In this document: positions 61,601-64,000 of the stretch, piece by piece
How the letters are laid out: the number at the start of each line of letters is the position of its first letter
Position numbering within the stretch: position 1 is the first letter of the stretch
Translations under genes and position numbers: made by a program
Notes under the pieces: generated by a model
Database searches by the model: none
What the model was told of the DNA's origin: nothing
Seen by the model: only the letters and a program-made list of their open reading frames with translations
Assembly (NCBI RefSeq): GCF_018977255.1
Contig: NW_024704743.1
Span: 12,092,001 to 12,156,000, forward strand
Direction of reading: 5' to 3'
DNA from: Callorhinchus milii
Taxonomy: Eukaryota
DNA length: 64,000 bases

Positions 61601-61933
61601 TTGTGGAGTCCTGTAGCTCAATGGTTAGAGCACTCACCTTGCAAGCGCGAAACCTGGGCTTAATTCCCAGCAGGGCGAAACTTTGGACAAGTTTCCTTAC
61701 TCCACACGCCTCTGTTTACCTAGCAGTAAGTAGGAACCGGGTTATTAGTCGATTGGCGGATCGTTTTTCCGGGGGTAATAATTCCTTTTAAAAAATAATA
61801 ATAATAATTTGGTCACTCAACCCATGGCTATTTGTGGGACACTGCTATGTGCAATTGGCTGCTGCGTTTCGCCCACAAAGTATACAGTCAATTCACTTTA
61901 CATTATATTCTGTGAAGCATTTTGAGACGTCTC
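61601..61933 (+). mobile_element. tRNA-headed SINE, long subfamily
   Basis: Head gtggagtcctgtagctcaatggttagagc plus the extra middle segment. Confidence 0.87.
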
Positions 61934-63307
61934 TCGCCTACGTCAGAACTGAACTCAGAGTCTTAATTCAAACCAGTGCAGTCCTAGGGTGGGAGGGAGA
62001 GCTGCATTGTGGAAATGAGGTCCTTTGGCTAAGATGGCACTACTCGAAGAAAGGACATTCTCCCAGCGTTCTGGCCAACAATCCCTCAGATAAAATTAGT
62101 CACTCGCATCATGTTGATTTGTAGGACACTGCTGTATGCAAATTAGCTGCCATATTTGGCTGCAAAATACAGTCACAAGACTTTACGGTAAACCCTATGA
62201 AGTGCTTTGAGTCATCCTCCTGTCATGAAAGATGTTATGCTAAATGTAAGGATTATTAGTATTATATTCATGTTGCATAGAAACTGTAGTTAACTTGATC
62301 TCGTATCTGTTCAATTTTTTTTGGCAAAACAACAACAACTTGCATTTATATAGCACACCTCACACAGGGTAGTGTTCCAGAGCACTTGACAGTGACAAAA
62401 CAAAATCAAATCTGAAGTTAACACTGAGCTAGATTTAGAAAACCCTTAAGAAAAGGGTTAGTAAACTTAAATACTTACAACACTTAACCTACCTTAATCT
62501 CACTGAGTCATTCAGCACATCTGCTAATTTGGTTCTACATTCCCAATACCTTCCTTACCTCTCCCATCTCCTCCTAATCCCACTCTTCTGCTCGACCCCT
62601 CTGTTCGGCTAACTTGAGCTTCTTGCATAGCCCCTCTCTACCTGGACCATCTTCGATGACTGACCTTTCCAGTTCTCCACCCCTAATCATGGAGTCCTGT
62701 AGCATAGTATTAGCACACTCGCCTTGCAAGCGAGAGGACCCGAGTTCAATACCCAGGTGGGGCGAAACCTTTGGCAACTTTCCTTACTCCAATTGCTTAC
62801 TGGACTACTACGACTGTTTGTGGGACATTGTGTAATTGGCTGCTGGGTTTCGCCCACAAAATGTACAGTCAATTCACTTTACAGTATATTCTATAAAATG
62901 CAAGTATTATAATCTCTGCAACTCCTTCCCATGACCCTGCTGTCATCCCCTTCTCTATCTGTCTTCAAGTCCTGCCTTAAAAGCTTCCTCGTTGGCTGTG
63001 CCTATGGCCAGCTTTCCCTTCCCCTTGTTCAGCGTCCAACCCCACCTCTGTAAAGTGCTCGGATGTTATTCTACATCAAGGGCGCTGTATAAAGGCAAGC
63101 TGTTGTTGTAATGACCATCTTTAGTGCTTGCAATCTCTATCCCCCATCTGGAGGATACATTGGGGGAGAGAAAATCCCTTCTCTTTTTGAATAGCACTTT
63201 GGGATCTTTAACATTCTCCATAGAATAGGAGAAGTTGAATGTCTCATTGGAAGGACAGACTTTTTCACAGAGAACACAATGACGAGACTATGTTTGTTCT
63301 GTTTCAG

Positions 63308-63400
63308 TTGTCCTATGACTACAAATTTGATTTCGAAGACGACCAGCACAAGATCCCATGTCACTGTGGAGCTGTGAACTGCCGTAAATGGATGAACTAA
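63308..63400 (+). CDS. KMT2C: KMT2C last coding exon ~59, end of SET and post-SET: LSYDYKFDFEDDQHKIPCHCGAVNCRKWMN*
   Basis: tttcag|TTG TCC TAT GAC TAC ... ATG AAC TAA. Confidence 0.97.
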   Translation: MSYDYKFDFEDDQHKIPCHCGAVNCRKWMN

Positions 63401-63623
63401 AGCCATCACCTTTGGGGTTGATTGTCCTGGGGGAGAGATGCTTTTTCATTTTAAAAAAACGAAAGCCTGTAAACTCGCAGGTGAAATCTCTTCGCCCCCA
63501 GTGGCAGTAGCAGAGCTCTGTAAACGAGCTTCAACTGAAGCCGGGGAAATCATCACAGGTCACTGGGCCTCCCATTCATGGGTTTGTTTGTTCATAATGC
63601 AGGTGGCAGCGGATTACTGATAC

Positions 63624-63961
63624 CAGGGGGTCCATCCTTTTAGCTGCTGAGGTCTGGATGCCGGATTTGAGAAACGTTCGCGGGCCACATAAGCAATATT
63701 TTATCCTGATTGGCCAGGCCCGTTGTTGGGCAGAGCCTGAGCGCCCGGCGACTGTCTCTTGATTGGCCAGTCCCGTTGTCGGGCAAAGCCTGAGCACCCG
63801 GTGACTGTCTCTTGATTGGCCAGTCCCGTTGTCGGGCAGAGCCTGAGCACCCGGTGATTGTCTCTTGATTGTCAGACAATGAGTTGGAAATGGTTTGAGG
63901 GCTGGATGAAATCATCCCTTGGGCCGGATAAGGCCCGCGGGCCTGCAGTTGGACCACCCTG
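63624..63961 (+). mobile_element. hAT-like MITE family A in the KMT2C 3' UTR, with an internal 53-bp tandem repeat
   Basis: Termini cagggggtcca... and ...ttggaccaccctg; GATTG at 63708, 63761, 63814 and 63867; no clean TSD. Confidence 0.78.
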
Positions 63962-64000
63962 ACTTACATATAAATATATATGGTCTAGCACTGGAGTTGC

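Larger units (their letters stand above)
3899..63400 (+). other. KMT2C: KMT2C/MLL3 histone-lysine N-methyltransferase gene, 3' portion (27 coding exons; 5' part lies upstream of the window, 3' UTR runs past the window end)
   Basis: Exon translations match recalled vertebrate KMT2C peptides (WRKASSQERAPYV, KIEATQKLEQVK, DFDAITDPIMKAKMVALKGIN, GCARSEPK, RYINHSCAPNC, CHCGAVNCRKWMN*). Splice phases chain consistently from exon to exon. Confidence 0.97.

Noticed and set aside
8576..63400. KMT2C pseudogene, suggested by the exon ~36 frameshifts
   Set aside because: The other 26 exons are open with intact splice sites and catalytic motifs, and both shifts fall in short C or GT runs typical of sequencing error.
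3899..63400. Assignment to the paralogue KMT2D
   Set aside because: Diagnostic peptides (KASSQERAPYV, HVKRFVLRPHT, CGAVNCRKWMN) and the many-small-exon layout fit KMT2C as I recall it.

Overview
Vertebrate genomic DNA, most likely from a cartilaginous fish (inferred from the repeat content: tRNA-headed Deu-domain SINEs, CR1 LINEs with an esterase ORF1, and L2 LINEs). The window holds the 3' part of a + strand KMT2C (MLL3) histone H3K4 methyltransferase gene. I read 27 coding exons from 3899 to the stop codon at 63400. Splice phases are consistent throughout, and the exons encode the end of the HMG box, long Pro/Gln-rich regions with LxxLL motifs, ePHD, FYRN/FYRC, Win, SET and post-SET. Exon numbers follow human KMT2C from memory and are approximate. 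The introns are dense with SINEs, CR1 and L2 fragments and hAT-like MITEs. Main oddities: (1) a homogenised 51-bp/17-aa coding tandem repeat of about 15 copies in the large exon, bracketed by two compensating apparent frameshifts that are probably assembly errors; (2) a GC-AG intron splitting a putative FCS-type zinc finger; (3) a symmetric 165-bp cassette exon and a 12-nt alternative donor next to the Win motif; (4) two intronic fold-back elements; (5) a SINE co-inserted with an 83-bp copy of nearby DNA; (6) two different hAT-like MITEs inserted at the same site in separate DeuSINE copies. I found no evidence of a wholly new multi-gene system. Most ORFs in the supplied track are spurious or transposon-derived.
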